A stretch of 62,829 nucleotides of DNA, filler included, from Rhabdomonas costata (GCA_019059605.1; 22 parts of 22 records of this genome joined end to end with filler, not necessarily neighbours in it), one strand, 5' to 3'; counted from the whole stretch's first letter, positions 38,201 through 51,214 are shown. Numbers and translations: made by a program. The notes: generated by a model not told the origin, from the letters alone.

Positions 38201-39900
38201 TTATAAATTTTTTTGAAATACATAATATCTGTTTAACTTTGAAAATTTAAGTGATGCTGCATTAATTTCATCGTTTGTATAAAATTGTGCGATTAAATCT
38301 AAATATTTATTTGAATGTTCTTGTACATAGTTTGTGAAAAAAAATTTTATGTATATCATATGTTCTCTCAAATAAGTCTGTCTCTACTAATCTCATGTTA
38401 CATTTTGTCTTGAATTCATTTATTATAAATTGTGAATCTACTAAATATTCACTTACATGATTTGTTTCTGATATTGTCGCATTAAATACATCAATTTGAT
38501 ATCCTGTTCCTATTATATCATTATTTGAAAATTTATTGCTGTATTTTTTTATTATTTCAAATAATATTTTTTTATTTCCATTTTTCGTATAATATAACGT
38601 ATATCTATCACTATTTTGAAATAATTTGTTTATCTTATGTGCATCAAATGTTGTTATAAACATATATCCTCCTTGTTTCAAATATGTTTTTATATTACTA
38701 CATAAATTATTCCATTTCTCTTCTGATTCAAGAAAATAATGTATCGCAAATTGACAATTTATCCTATCATATGTTAACGAATTATTTAAATAACTTTTTA
38801 TATTTTCTTTATTCGTTGCCATTATTTTATCACTTTCATATTTCAATATTTTATCCTGTTCATTATTTGTTAATAGTTTACCTACATCCGCTAATATAAA
38901 TATTGTTTGTACTTTGTCACCTTTCATTTTTGAATATCGTGTTGTTGCACTATCATTTTCTGAAAATAAATTGTTATAATCTATATCTATTCCAACATAT
39001 AAATAAATGTTTGACTCACGCACTTTATGTATATCACCTCCTCTACCACATCCTAAATCTAACATAGATAATTTATTACCAAAATTTTCAGATGAACAAT
39101 ACTCCTGTATCAAATTATTCTTTATAAAGTTATGAAATTTCCTCATTGGATCAGCTAACGTTGTAACAACTTGATAATATGGTTTACTTTCTATAAGTTT
39201 TGTTTTACTTTTACTACATACACCATGTTGACATATCAGTTTTGTATCTGTTAATTTATCACTTACTTTTGTATCCATTTTCATATTTTTATCAGCAAGT
39301 ATTTTTATATCTGATATTTTTACTGGTTTCATTATACTTCTCCATACAAGATGTGCTACATTTATATAATTGCCATATTTCCTTTTATATTTTAACACCG
39401 ATATTGTCTTATCATAACGTGTTTTTAATGGTATCCATTTAAATTTTTCATAATATTTTGAATCCATATCATACACAAACTCAACAACTGACTTATCTGT
39501 TATTATACTATTTGTACTATCTCTTACTTCACCATTTTTTAAAAATATATATGCTATATGTCTATTTTCTTCTTTCAAAAATAATACTGGTTCTTCTATC
39601 GCATGATTATTCTGACCAACATATAAATAACAAATTTTATATGGTCTATCTTTTAGTTCTTCACTTGAATTGTCATAAGCTATTATATCTTTCCCTGTTT
39701 CTTTATCTTTTAGAAATTCAATATAAAAATCAATTGAATTTTTATCAGGAGGTTTCCATTTGTAGTCCAATTCTTTTTCTGCATTTGTTAGTGGTTGATA
39801 TATTAATCCATCCAATAAATAAGGACTATCTTTATATTTTTCCCACATTAACACAGAATATCTAAATATTTCATTATCTTCTTTCCCTAATACTAGAATA
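38201..39900 (-). CDS. NCLDV mRNA capping enzyme (guanylyltransferase C-terminal half plus guanine-N7 methyltransferase), 5'-truncated, one frameshift
   Basis: GTase motifs DGLIY, YKWKP, RYDK. MTase motifs MRKFHNFIK, LDLGCGRGGD, GIDID, CQFAIHYF, LKQGGYMFITT. The true C-terminus LNRYYVFQKNL* lies in a shifted frame after the A8 run at 38337-38344. Confidence 0.95.
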
Positions 39901-40275
39901 AAATATTTAGATATTCTGTGTTAATGTGGGAAAAATATAAAGATAGTCCTTATTTATTGGATGGATTAATATAACAACCACCNNNNNNNNNNNNNNNNNN
40001 NNNNNNNNNNNNNNNNNNNNNNNNNNTTAATTAATTAANNNNNNNNNNNNNNNNNNNNNNNNNNNNNNNNNNNNNNNNNNNNGGTGGTGTTCATAGCTTT
40101 GGGGCTTTTGTGGACGCTGCTATCCCTGGAGGCACTGAACGTAGAATTAGCACCGCAGAGAGGACCACCAGATGTGGACACAGGAATTCGGGCCGTGTTT
40201 TTCGTGCGCATTTTTGCCTGGTTCTCTCTTTTCTCCCGCGGCTTGTTCAGGTTGAATTTTCATTTTATTCACAAT

Positions 40276-42309
40276 ATGGGAGAGGAAGAAACAAGCATGT
40301 TGGAAGACATCTTGCGAGACGACTTCGAAGCGTCCGACAAGGTGCGGTGAACTGGGCTCGCTGAATTACATGATTAAATTTTAACTTTAAATTGAGGTTG
40401 GTCTCCAATAAATTGGAGCCTTCTAGGTTCCTAAGTCAAAGGAATCCTGAGTTTTGCGTGATTTTGATTTGGTGGTTCTCTGTTTTGCATCTGCGTGTGT
40501 GACGTTGCGTTCCCTCCAGCATGACCCGGTGTACGGCTTGATACACAAGGAATTTGATGATTTTGATGGACCTGCACTCTCCTCCTCAGCAGATTCCCAC
40601 ATTCCCGCTTCTGCTCCAGCCTCAGACGTTTCCTCTAGAGCAGCTGCGGCTGTTTCCTCCTCCTCCAATCTTCCTGCGGACCCTGGCTCTGGTGCCAACG
40701 CTGGCCTTTGGGAGCAGCCAAAAGCCGAAACAGTTCTTCCAGCCCCTCCTCCGTCCCAGCCGCAGCCCGGCTCAGGTCCCGGTCATTCTGGTGTGGAAGG
40801 GCCTCATTCTCTGGGCTACTACCCACCCGCGGAAGGTTTGGCCACTACCATTCCCGCACCGCAGTCAAAGCAGCGCACGCGGTACTTCGTCATCAAGAGC
40901 TATTCCGCGGAGGTTACCCCCGTGTCTCACTACACGGTTATATCAGGGGTTTGTAGTTTGCAAGGTTTTGCACGTCTTTTTTTTTCTGTTTTCAGAACGT
41001 CACGACGTCCATCAGGCGGTCAATTTGGGCGACTCAGCGGACCAACGAACAGATTTTCAACGACGCTTTCCTGGTATTTCGCACTCAGGGTTTTTCATAA
41101 ATTGGTTTCTGAAGTCTTATATTTTGTGATTTTTTCCGACTCGAGGATTGTGCAGCCCCGTAAATTCTCCGTTTTTTGTCGATTGGTTGGTTTCATTTTC
41201 GCAATGATGGGAATGCTTGCTTTGACTGTGCCCAATGCTGGGCCTTGTTGCGTGTGTGGGCGATTAGTGTTGGTCCTTGGTTTCGTGTGTTGTGTTAGAG
41301 TTCAGGCGTGGTCTTGGGGTCTTTTGCATGTACAGTGCTTCCTCTTTGTTCCACGTCGAATGCCTTTGTGCTGTCACAGAACACTCCCCGGGTGATCATG
41401 ATCTACAGCATCAATGGCAGCCGTCATTTTCAGGGTTACGCTCGAATGACCTCCTTGATTCAAGGGGCCCGTGGCGGGGATCGAAACTCTGACTTTGGCG
41501 GAGACGCAAAGTGGGGCAGCTCGTTCACTCTCAGCTGGGAAAGAGTGTATGTGCAACCCTTTCTTTGTGGCTATCCCTGCAACCATCGTATGTAACGCAT
41601 ACACTGGTATCAAGCAGGCCCCACTCGCAGTGTAGGTGTGTAATTCGTAGTAGGGGTTCCGCGTTTGTTGCGATGAACCTAACTTTGGCGTTTTCCGGAC
41701 CGGGTGGTGTGTGTCGGACTGATAGCGCGGTGACTGTTGTCTGACGGGACCGGTGGTGTACAAGCGCGGAGGGTTGGGCTCCCATAAGGGCACTATGGAC
41801 GCTGCACAACACCAATTAACACCAAAGCGCGTGTTCAATTGGCAGTAACCGATAGTTCAATTTTTTTTCGTACCAAGGCTTGCGGGGTGCACCGTGCCTA
41901 TGCTACTATTCGCACCCCGTTTGCGCGGGCATGCATGTTGTGTTTGCATTGTTGTAACGTTCTTTACTGGATTGCTAATACTTTGGACACGTCAATGGGG
42001 GGACTGAGAATGACATGCGCTGAGAACGGTGAGCAGGCCGTGAGTTTTGCAGTTCAAGATTCACCAACTGCTTTAAATTATTGTTGCTTTAATTGTTGCT
42101 GCTTTACTTTAATTTTGCCACCTTGGAAATCCTTGAAATCCTGCTCTAGGGGCTCTGTGCCTTTTCGAGATGCGGACCATCTCAGAAATGCCTTTGCGGA
42201 GGACCTCCCCGTGACTCGCTCCCGTGATGGCCAGGAAGTCCCGGAGAGGGTCGGCGAGGAGCTGTGCCGCCTGATCGACCGCGTGTCAGTACCCATCACC
42301 CCCGACTTG
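40276..42309 (+). CDS. YTH-domain m6A-reader protein (YTHDC/CPSF30L-type), 5' part
   Basis: Exons 40276-40341, 40520-40912, 40996-41073, 41380-41546 and 42150-42309: RYFVIKSYSAE|NVTTSIRRSIWATQRTNEQIFNDAFL|..VIMIYSINGSRHFQGYARMTS..WGSSFTLSW..HLRNAF..PVTRSRDGQEV. Confidence 0.95.
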
Positions 42310-43218
42310 TATGGGAGTGAGGAAAGAACCTGGGTAGGAGGTGGGGGTATGTTCCGATAATTTTGGTTGAAGTGTGTGTCAAGGCAGGAGAGTGTTCTTC
42401 CTGTATGGCGATCCTCCTGCATCGCTTTTTCGGGGTTCTCGACCCATTATTTTTATTGACGCGTAACTTGGGTTGGATTGGAACAATATTTGAATTGAAA
42501 GGAATTGAACGATGGAACTGGTTCGTCTCCGATTGAACTGTTGAACTTGTCCGATTGAACTATTTGTCCGATTTAACTATCATGAACGTGAAGTTCCGGC
42601 TGTAAGACAGACAGAATAACCAAGGCCAAACGCGGCATTTCGCCCTCCGTTTGAACTTCGATTGAACTTCCAGTTGAGGATCCTTTCACATCCCCACCAC
42701 ATCTCGCATTGAAGAGAGTTAGCTTCAACATACTGTTCTCTGCGTGCTGGGTGAGTGGCTAGTGGCCTGCTCCGCGTTTCCTGTGGATGCCGTGCAATTT
42801 CTCTTGGCAGCTCTGTGAACCCCCCTCTCTCTCTCTTTTNNNNNNNNNNNNNNNNNNNNNNNNNNNNNNNNNNNNNNNNNNNNTTAATTAATTAANNNNN
42901 NNNNNNNNNNNNNNNNNNNNNNNNNNNNNNNNNNNNNNNTGTTTGTTTTTATACGTTTTTCACATAAAATTTAGCACCCACACACAAAGCAGGGCACAGC
43001 TTACACGGAGATTTCAAGTGAAAACACAAAATCAGGTACTCTGAATCTCTAAACAAGTGAAATCCAAAGCTGGTTTATTTCGCAAAAGTTTTCAATCCCT
43101 CAGTATGGAGTTAAAAGGAGGAATATACTATGAACAGGAAAAGGAACCCTAGAGATTCTGCGCAAGAAAAAGAGCGCCAAAAAGAATGAGGGAGAGAATG
43201 GTATTAATGGTACAGACC

Positions 43219-45640
43219 CTCTTGGTTGAGCTTCAGGGCTTCCCCAATCTTCTCCGCATGCAAGGGGTCAATGTCGTCGTTGCAGTACAGACTAATCCGG
43301 GTCAGCCGGGGGTTGCTCTGCACCGCCTCCAGGAGCACATCCGCACACTCGTTGTCCAACTGAGCACCCACCGTTCAATCATACAAGGCCGAGGCATCCG
43401 CAACGCATTACCTTCCCGTGGTTCTGGGCTTCTGTATCGAGGGCTCTGCACCCACAGGAGGGTAACCCCTTCGAGCGGCTATGTGAATTTCTTGACTGCG
43501 CACAGCCTGAGTTTATGACAAACCATCTTAGTGCAGAGCAGGGCCGTCGCAATCGCACCGGATGGACCAGTGCGCGAACCCTTTCCTACCAGTACACAGT
43601 GCACGTAAATAATAGAACTAATCTTCCTGCATACAAGTACACGTATTTACATATGGTAAGTACATGGTATGGCCCGCGTCATCTCAATAGCAAGAGGTAG
43701 GAGTAGATACAGAAAGAACAGGCCGAAACGAGGCAAAAGCACCTCCATGTCAAAACCAGTTTTTTCACCAGCTTCTTTTTTAGCTTCTAATTCCGAAAAT
43801 GCCACGTTTAGAGTGCACTTTTTTTCGATTGCACCTTTTTGAGATGACGCGGACAATATTACATAGCATGATATTCTAATTCAGATGGAACTATGCAAAG
43901 CTCACACCAGAGGGGGAAACCTCAGAGAGAGCGGGAGGGGGGTGACATGAAACTCCAATAAACACCTTTTGATGCATCAACCGCACCCCAAGTTAGCAAA
44001 CCACGGGGTGCAGGGAAGCAGGAAATGGGAAATTCGCAAGGGTACACGAGTCAGCAAGAGGGAGGGAAGCAAATGGGGAAAGCAAACCCCGCACGTGCAG
44101 AGGTCGACGTCGCGAAGCGCGGGGCTTACTCGGAGGGCACGGATGATGCTCAGTGCTCCTTCCAGGGTCACTGGGTTGCACCCCAGGTCCAGGGTGGCGA
44201 GCCGAGGGCTCACTTGGAGAGCCCTGGCCAAGCACTGCGCTCCTTCAAGGCCTGTGGAAAGATGAAACCTCGAAAGATGAAACCCATCCAGAACGATGCA
44301 CGCAACTACAACACCCCAGGCTTCGCAGTTCTATTTGAAAATGATGAGAGTACTTCGACCCAGAAAATTCGCCGGTCTCGGTGGTTGAAAGGTGCTTTTA
44401 CATGAAGAACTATTTTCATATGGTCATGCAAACTATATGATGTGACTCATTCACCGCTCCCTCTCCATTCGGTTCCGGGAATTATTGAAATTTCTCATTC
44501 ACTTCATGATGCACATGCAAATACACGCACAGAATTGAAACTGAAATCCTCTCTACGTCGTTCCCTGGCAACTGGCCAAATAAAAACTCTAAGGTAAAAT
44601 TAGAACCTGGATGCACGAACGCAAGAAAAATAAGCGATCCAAGCCAATTCTCACTCTCTTTTCTGACCTATGTTGTTCACGGAGACATTGAGGAAGGTCA
44701 GCTGGCACTGCGGGTGCGAGAGGTAGCCCGCCACTGCTTCACAGCCCTCGTTGCCAAGGCTGTTGTCACTAATATCCAAGTCGGTCAACGTTCTGCACGG
44801 GTGGGTGGGTGGAGACTTTTCATACCTTGAGTAGAGTAGAGATTTGACATCATCACGGACAGTCGATGCAAGGACACGGGAAAAAAGGAAAGGGGCAAGA
44901 TTGAAAACGTCAACGGAGGTTTTGAGTGTTGCGCAAATCGATAGGTGCAGGTCTGCATTTATAGTAGACGCGCCACAACCACATAGATCGAAAAAACAAG
45001 GGCACCTTCACTTGCGCTCATCATCATAAGTGTGCGGCGTGTGCGCATCGGGACTAAGGCGCGGTGGACAGCGGAAAGTGGGAGGAGGGACCCAGCCACG
45101 CCTGTTTGAGGCCTTCAGCGCGTTGGCCAAGTCGGCAATGCCCCGGTCACGCAACGAGCCGAAGCCCAGTTTCAGCACCCTCAGGCTGCGGTTAGTGCGC
45201 AGGGCAGCGGCTAGGGCGTACCCCGCATGCGGGGTGAGGCCACTGTCGGTCAGCTCAAGTTCCTCGCTGTGTCGCCGTATAGCACAATACATACCCACCA
45301 ATGCACACGAGCTCACACACCCTTTCACGCATATACTTCCTAAACCGGGATACGAGACAGTTTTTCATGGTGAACCTTCGCTGCATGTTGCCTAGGCACT
45401 CGTCAACTCAGACAAATTAGGATATAGGGTAAGACGAAGTTCCTTAAAAAAATCACTATAACCTTACTATCCATAAATTGTTCCCCTATTTCGGTGCTTC
45501 GCGAGAGATAAATGGACTGTGGGGAAACCAGGAAAAAAGATGATGTTCTGCCGTTTGTGTCCATTCATCCTTTTCGGGTGTCAGCCCCAAAACAGCGCGA
45601 TCATTCCGCAACAATTCTTTAATGTGCTCAAAGCAGGCAC
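43219..45640 (-). CDS. RNI-like leucine-rich-repeat protein (partial, multi-exon)
   Basis: ALAAALRTNRSLRVLKLG, TLTDLDISDNSLGNEGCEAVA, LARALQVSPRLATLDLGCNPV, LLEAVQSNPRLTRISL. Confidence 0.9.
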
Positions 45641-45796
45641 GACGAAAGCAGGAAGGGGCAGGATAACGGAACCAGCACGCAGCAGGCAAAAACACCNNNN
45701 NNNNNNNNNNNNNNNNNNNNNNNNNNNNNNNNNNNNNNNNTTAATTAATTAANNNNNNNNNNNNNNNNNNNNNNNNNNNNNNNNNNNNNNNNNNNN

Positions 45797-47352
45797 ATTG
45801 AGGGCGTTGTGCACGCTGTACTTCTGCTCCAGAAGTTTCAGCCGAGTGTAGCTGCGAGACGTCCCATGGAAAATGCACAGGTAAGCGAAAACGACAGCAA
45901 CATAGCCCAGTCATTCTGGACTGAGCATCGCGGAAAAGAGCGAAGATTGTTGTGTGGCAATTTCTGATGCGGAGCATGGTGACACTCGCAAGTTGGATTT
46001 TCCCGATCTCCACCCATACCAATGACCTTCAAAATTGCCTTGTGCAGCCGAGTGCACACACGTGGCGTACGCCGAGGGAAGCGGTGCATGAGATTTTTCA
46101 CAAAGCACACTCAGATCGCTCGCTGAGAGAGGTAATGCAAGACACCTTAACGACTTCACAGAGACCTCCTCGACAATGTCCGAAAGAACACCGAAGTCAC
46201 TGGTAAATTCCTGCAATCCCGCCCAGGGCGAACGTGGGGAGTATTACTTGACAGAAAACTTGGCTGAAACAAAACTGTGCGAAAACCAGCGCGTTTCACA
46301 GCGGTGGAAAGCGTTCCTACGATGCGGAAAAGGGACTTGTCTGCGATGTGAGGAAGCGATTCCCAGCAGCGCTCCACAGAAACTGCGTGCCTCGTACCTG
46401 AACTCCAGGCAGAGAGGTCAGAGACACCCCAGTGTCCTTGTGGTAAAGGGAGATCTGTCCAAGTACAGTTTTGATCTGCAAACGTGAAACAAACTCACTC
46501 AAAGTCGCCCAAATGCCCAAATGCGCACGGCATCTGGTGCCCCAACTTCCCTTCCATAGATTCTTCATAGGGCCACTTGCGTTGAAAAAAGGTGCCCATC
46601 TGTAAGCTGCGAAATCTCTCCTATGTGTGTTGCCTGAGTTGAGAAAAGACAAGGATTCCCCACACGATTGACGAACACCCAATCGTAGATGTATAACGAC
46701 TCGACAAGAACAAGACCCATCTGTGTAATTCTTGCATCGCAAGGGAGGCGGCTTGTACGGACCTCGTACAAGTGCAAGTCCGTGGGAAGCGATGGGGCCG
46801 TAGTCGGCGCTGCGTATGGCGGCGTGCGGTGCTGCCAAACATACTTCCACCGCAGAGACAGCGCCTGCACAGGAAATGGGGTGCACAGGCGCGAGAAGGT
46901 TGATTCAGGGTGTTAAAAACAACTTGGGGGGTGCTAGATGGGTGAAAGATGTGGCGATAACTTTGGCCGCGGCTCACTCTCCCCCTCCGTCCTTGCTCAG
47001 GGTCAAATGCGTCGCAATTTAACTCCGCTACCCTACATGGCAGTGATAATCATGACTGCCAATGGTGATCAACTAGTACCTCCTCCCTTCCTTGTGATTC
47101 GGCCCCAAGGCGCAGCTGCACTAGGCGTCACTCCCAACCAAGCAAAGCGCAGGCCCCCCACCCTCGGGATACCTTGTCGATTTGGGAGGCGGCGTTGCGC
47201 TTGTCGTCGCTCTCCACGGGGTTGCGGATCTCCAGGCGGTGAAACCGTACGGAGTCCTCGCGGTTCGCCAACTCGTCCTCAGGCACAGGAGAGGCAGACC
47301 CACCACCGCCGGGAACCGCCGGTCCAGCCGCCGCTGTGGAATCGAGCTGCAG
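45797..47352 (-). CDS. AMP deaminase family protein, N-terminal region
   Basis: Spliced exons QIDK|ALSLRWKYVW..|..LPGVQ|EFTSDFGVLSDIVEEVSVKSL|SYTRLKLLEQKYSVHNALN match the recalled AMPD motifs ALxLRxKY and RLKLLEQKFxLHxxLN. Confidence 0.82.
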
Positions 47353-48902
47353 CTGTGAACGGGTACGCACGCTCAAAAGAATCGGTGCTGTCCTTGTCGT
47401 TGGATTCGTTCGTGATGGAGGGGTAGTTAGAAGCTTTAATCACATTGGCAACAAAACGTCTTCAAAAATCACCGCCTAAGGCTCACTAATATAAGTACGT
47501 TGTCCTTATACTCATAGTAATGCATACTAATACATACTCAACAATAATCAACACCTTCCAAATGGATGATAGTAAGCCACCAAGAAAAAACATCACCAAT
47601 ATTGTACAACGCTATGGTCCAAAGCAGGAAGTCTTAAATGACGGACACGCGCAGACACTTGCTTCGCAAAACTGGAAGGGAATTCACAAACCGCGCTTGG
47701 AGAGCGCCGTACAAGAATGACTGAGTTCCGCCTCTTCAGGATGCGCACCTCAGCTCGCAAAACCTGAAAACACCCACAACACAAGGCGCAAACAAGAGGG
47801 ACCACAAGGAAACAAACAATGCCAACAGAAGCGCTGAATGAGATATTCCATTCGCTACGCGTTGCATTCCTTCATTACTGAATATCCAAAACCATGCAAC
47901 ACGATCGTTTTGGTCTGGGTCTCGCTCTCCAAGGATCAACGTACATTGCAAAGCAGCCTCCGAAGGTGTGTGCGCCAACCTCCTAATTTCTGAGTGTACG
48001 AGTGCATGTGTCTTGGGGGAGCTCAAAATGGGCTCCACGTCCAGTTCGTCCAATTCCAGGACTTCTCCAACATAAGTACCGCGAGTCTCAATGTCTAAGA
48101 TAATACCGTATCACGGCCCAGATCTTGAACAGGGCGACGGAAAGGCTCCGCCCCGTTTCGCCCAAAAACGATCGCTCACAGCACCCAACGCTCACCTCAC
48201 GATCACCCCATGAACAGCATCCTGGCCGTTTACGCATGTCCGCACAGCAGCAAACTCTTGAGACGACACAATGGCGTGCTTTTGTTCAGAGATACACATC
48301 TGATGGGCGCGTCTTGCAAATATTTCAGATTTATAGATTATAGATGTGAAAACGACCTTACGAAATCTCAAAATCCGGTCTCTCCGGTGCAACTGATAAC
48401 TGACAATCATAGGATCCAAAAGCACGCACTGGTACCGGCCCACAGAGAGGAAAAGAGAGAGGGAGGAACCTCCTCGCGGAACAGCAGGCGGATTGTGGGC
48501 ACGTGACTCAGAGCAAAGTTGTTGCCCGCAGAGCCCTCCGCGAACCCCACCACNNNNNNNNNNNNNNNNNNNNNNNNNNNNNNNNNNNNNNNNNNNNTTA
48601 ATTAATTAANNNNNNNNNNNNNNNNNNNNNNNNNNNNNNNNNNNNNNNNNNNNCTACCTTCTTCCTCATTGCCTTTGCCGGGTAGACGCTGTCTTCACTT
48701 CTGGTGGGTGCTATCACGTCTTTAGGCAATAGTAGAAACCTGTGCGTGAGACAGAGAGAGACAGAGAAATGTGGCCGCCTTCCACTTCCCTCCAGAATTT
48801 GTTCCGGGATGTGTTTCTGGTGACTTTTTTGTGCCCAGGGAGTCTCCACCATTCCTTTTTCGTTTTCCCCTACCTGTTTTGGTTGTTCTCTCTTACCCTC
48901 AG

Positions 48903-51214
48903 GCCCGGAAGGACGTGAGTGTGATTTTCTGTAGGGCTGCCCGGCACCGCACGTCAGCCCATGGGTGTGCTATCCCCTTGGGAACACATCGGGCGACATC
49001 TGGTCAACCACAGTTCGATTGTACAAGAATCAACTGCAGCGAATCCAAGCGGCTGCGATCCCGACGACGTGTAAAAACGTTTCCTTCGCAGTCGCTGCAA
49101 GAAAGATTCCCTTCGTCCCTCAGTGTACACATCATCATCAAAGGAGTTCTTTTGTTTTATCGCCGTGCATTCATCATACAAATCTGCAAACTGCAAAGTT
49201 CGCGCGCAATAATTTTGTTAGGATGCGATCGTCGTGATTCATTCAGAACGCTCCACAACCACAATCATTCCTGGAGCGGGGGTGCGGTTGAAATCGCCTG
49301 CCTGAAATCACCACCGCCGTCAGACAACCATGGTCTTCTCCATCACCTTCTTCGAAATGCCTTCACTACTCCGACTCTCTTTCTCACAGAAACCCCCTGG
49401 TGGAGTGCCTGTTGAGGCATCCCGAGCTGCTTCCCAAGATCACCTCAGGGTCGGTTTTTCTTGTCTTCTCACAAGTTTTTCCTGTGCTTTTTGTGCTCTA
49501 ATTTTATATTGATAAGCAAAAGAATTTTAGTTGTCTCGGCTACACAAGACATCCATAACAACGCACCTGTCCCTCCCCACCACCGCGATGGGCTCACAGG
49601 TACGAGAACCCCGATCTTGCGCTGGTGTGCGGTCAAATGCTGCGTGAGGTGATCCGCCACGAAGAGGGCGCGCGCCTGGTGTTCTCAGTGACAGTGCGCA
49701 ATCCCACAACCGATGGTAGCAGCAGCACCAGCACCAGCACCAGCACCAGCAGCCCTGATGACGATGAGGTGACTGAGGCGCCTGTGCTGCAGGAACTGTT
49801 TCGATTACTGGCGTGCCCGGCGTTCGACGTCGCGTCGGACGCTTTCCGGACGCTCAAGGTATGTTTCCTTTGGTGAGGGAACTGGGTGAGAAAGAGAAAT
49901 GGGGCCCGGACAGGTCGGGGCGAGTAGGGGGGGTTTCCAGAAGTCCGAGCTGGTGTGTCACCGCGCTATTTGTTTTAGCTTTTTTCTGTATTTTGTGTAT
50001 CACAGCAGGCCTTGATGTGTGCCCACGAAAGACCAGCTGATGGATATGCTGATAATGAGGTGAGGTGAGGCGATGCAATCTATCGATTTGCAACAAAAAT
50101 GGCCATACATCTCTTCCCCTTTCAGGATTTGCACACCAGGCACAAGAGCCTCTGCGCACAGTTCATGGAGCAGCACTACGACCTGGTAGGTCCCTCTCTC
50201 CCTCGCTTCCCTTCTCATCATCGCTCCATCCCTCTCTGTTCGCGCATTCACTCGCCTTGATTGGAACCTTCTAACCTTTTAACTGGCAGCAGAGCATCCC
50301 TTGGACCCTGGAAATATGAGGCGGGCGCAGCAGCATGTGCAGCTCTCCGGGCGCTGCAGAGGAGGCAAAGAAACCCACTGCGAAACTTCGGTAGTGGCAT
50401 TCCCTTGCTGCGATCCAAGAACGGGCTGGCCATCTGTTTTGGTACTTTTTCCTAGGTGCATGTTGCCTACCACGTGGCCGTGTGTTTGTGTATGTGTAAT
50501 TGGGCTTGCATTTTGGGGGCAGTTTTTCAAGTTGTTCAACGCCCTCATTGCCAACGAGAACTGCTTCACGAAGCGGGAAGCTCTTAAGGTGCCGGATCCT
50601 TAATATTGCCCGCGCCACCTGAAAAGTGAGAGTTGTTGAGATGTAATCTGAAGGAGGCTCTTTTACCCAGGCGATATTTACTCAGAAAAAAGTCTGCTGT
50701 GGAATTTCTGTTGAAATGCTGCATTTGGTGGGAATAGGTATTATCGCAAATGGCGCACTTAAAATTGCATCTCGTCTTTGAGGTTCCGTTGTCAGCTTTT
50801 GCCAAATTATTGTCTCAGCTGTTACTCTCACTTTTGACATGACCCGCGCCACATTTTCTGAACGCAGACTATGATGTTCCTAAGATGGGAGGAAGTCAAA
50901 CTTGATGGGGTTTGACCCCTGCATCACTGCTGAACCTGCCCCGCCCAAACTGAGCTGAATGAAAACCGGGCTGAATGAAGTGTAGTTAGTGTCTTCTTGG
51001 TGATTCACGCCCTCTGCGGTTGGTCAACACCAGTGCTTTCGTACCTGAACTGGCGTCGACTTCCCAGATTCTAAGCGACCTCCTGCTGGACCGCACCAAC
51101 TACACCGTGATGGTGCGGTACATCAGCTGCCCTCGGCACCTCGCCGCAGTAATGCGAGCCCTCGCCTGCCCCGCCAGCAAGGACGTTCAGTTGCAGGCTT
51201 TCCATGTGTTCAAG
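48903..51214 (+). CDS. MO25: MO25/CAB39 kinase scaffold protein (partial, multi-exon)
   Basis: ARKDVSVIF, YENPDLALVCGQMLREVIRHE, FDVASDAFRTLK|DLHTRHK, ENCFTKREALK|ILSDLLLDRTNYTVMVRYIS, VQLQAFHVFK. Confidence 0.95.
50616..50850 (+). repeat. Partial copy of the dispersed repeat at 18908-19464, in an MO25 intron
   Basis: Shared blocks aaaagtgagag, ttgagatgtaatct, agaaaaaagtctgctgtggaatttctgtt and attattgtctcagctgtta. Confidence 0.8.

Noticed and set aside
38684-39865. Plus-strand Y/L/I-rich ORFs on the viral contig
   Set aside because: Antisense shadows of the AT-rich capping gene.
39799-39973. About 70-bp inverted repeat suggesting a viral hairpin genome end
   Set aside because: It interrupts the capping ORF at the contig end and the same pattern occurs on host contigs, so it is a fold-back amplification chimera.
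42470-42680. Dispersed (cga)ttgaac motifs
   Set aside because: Irregular degenerate minisatellite without constant repeat-spacer periodicity.
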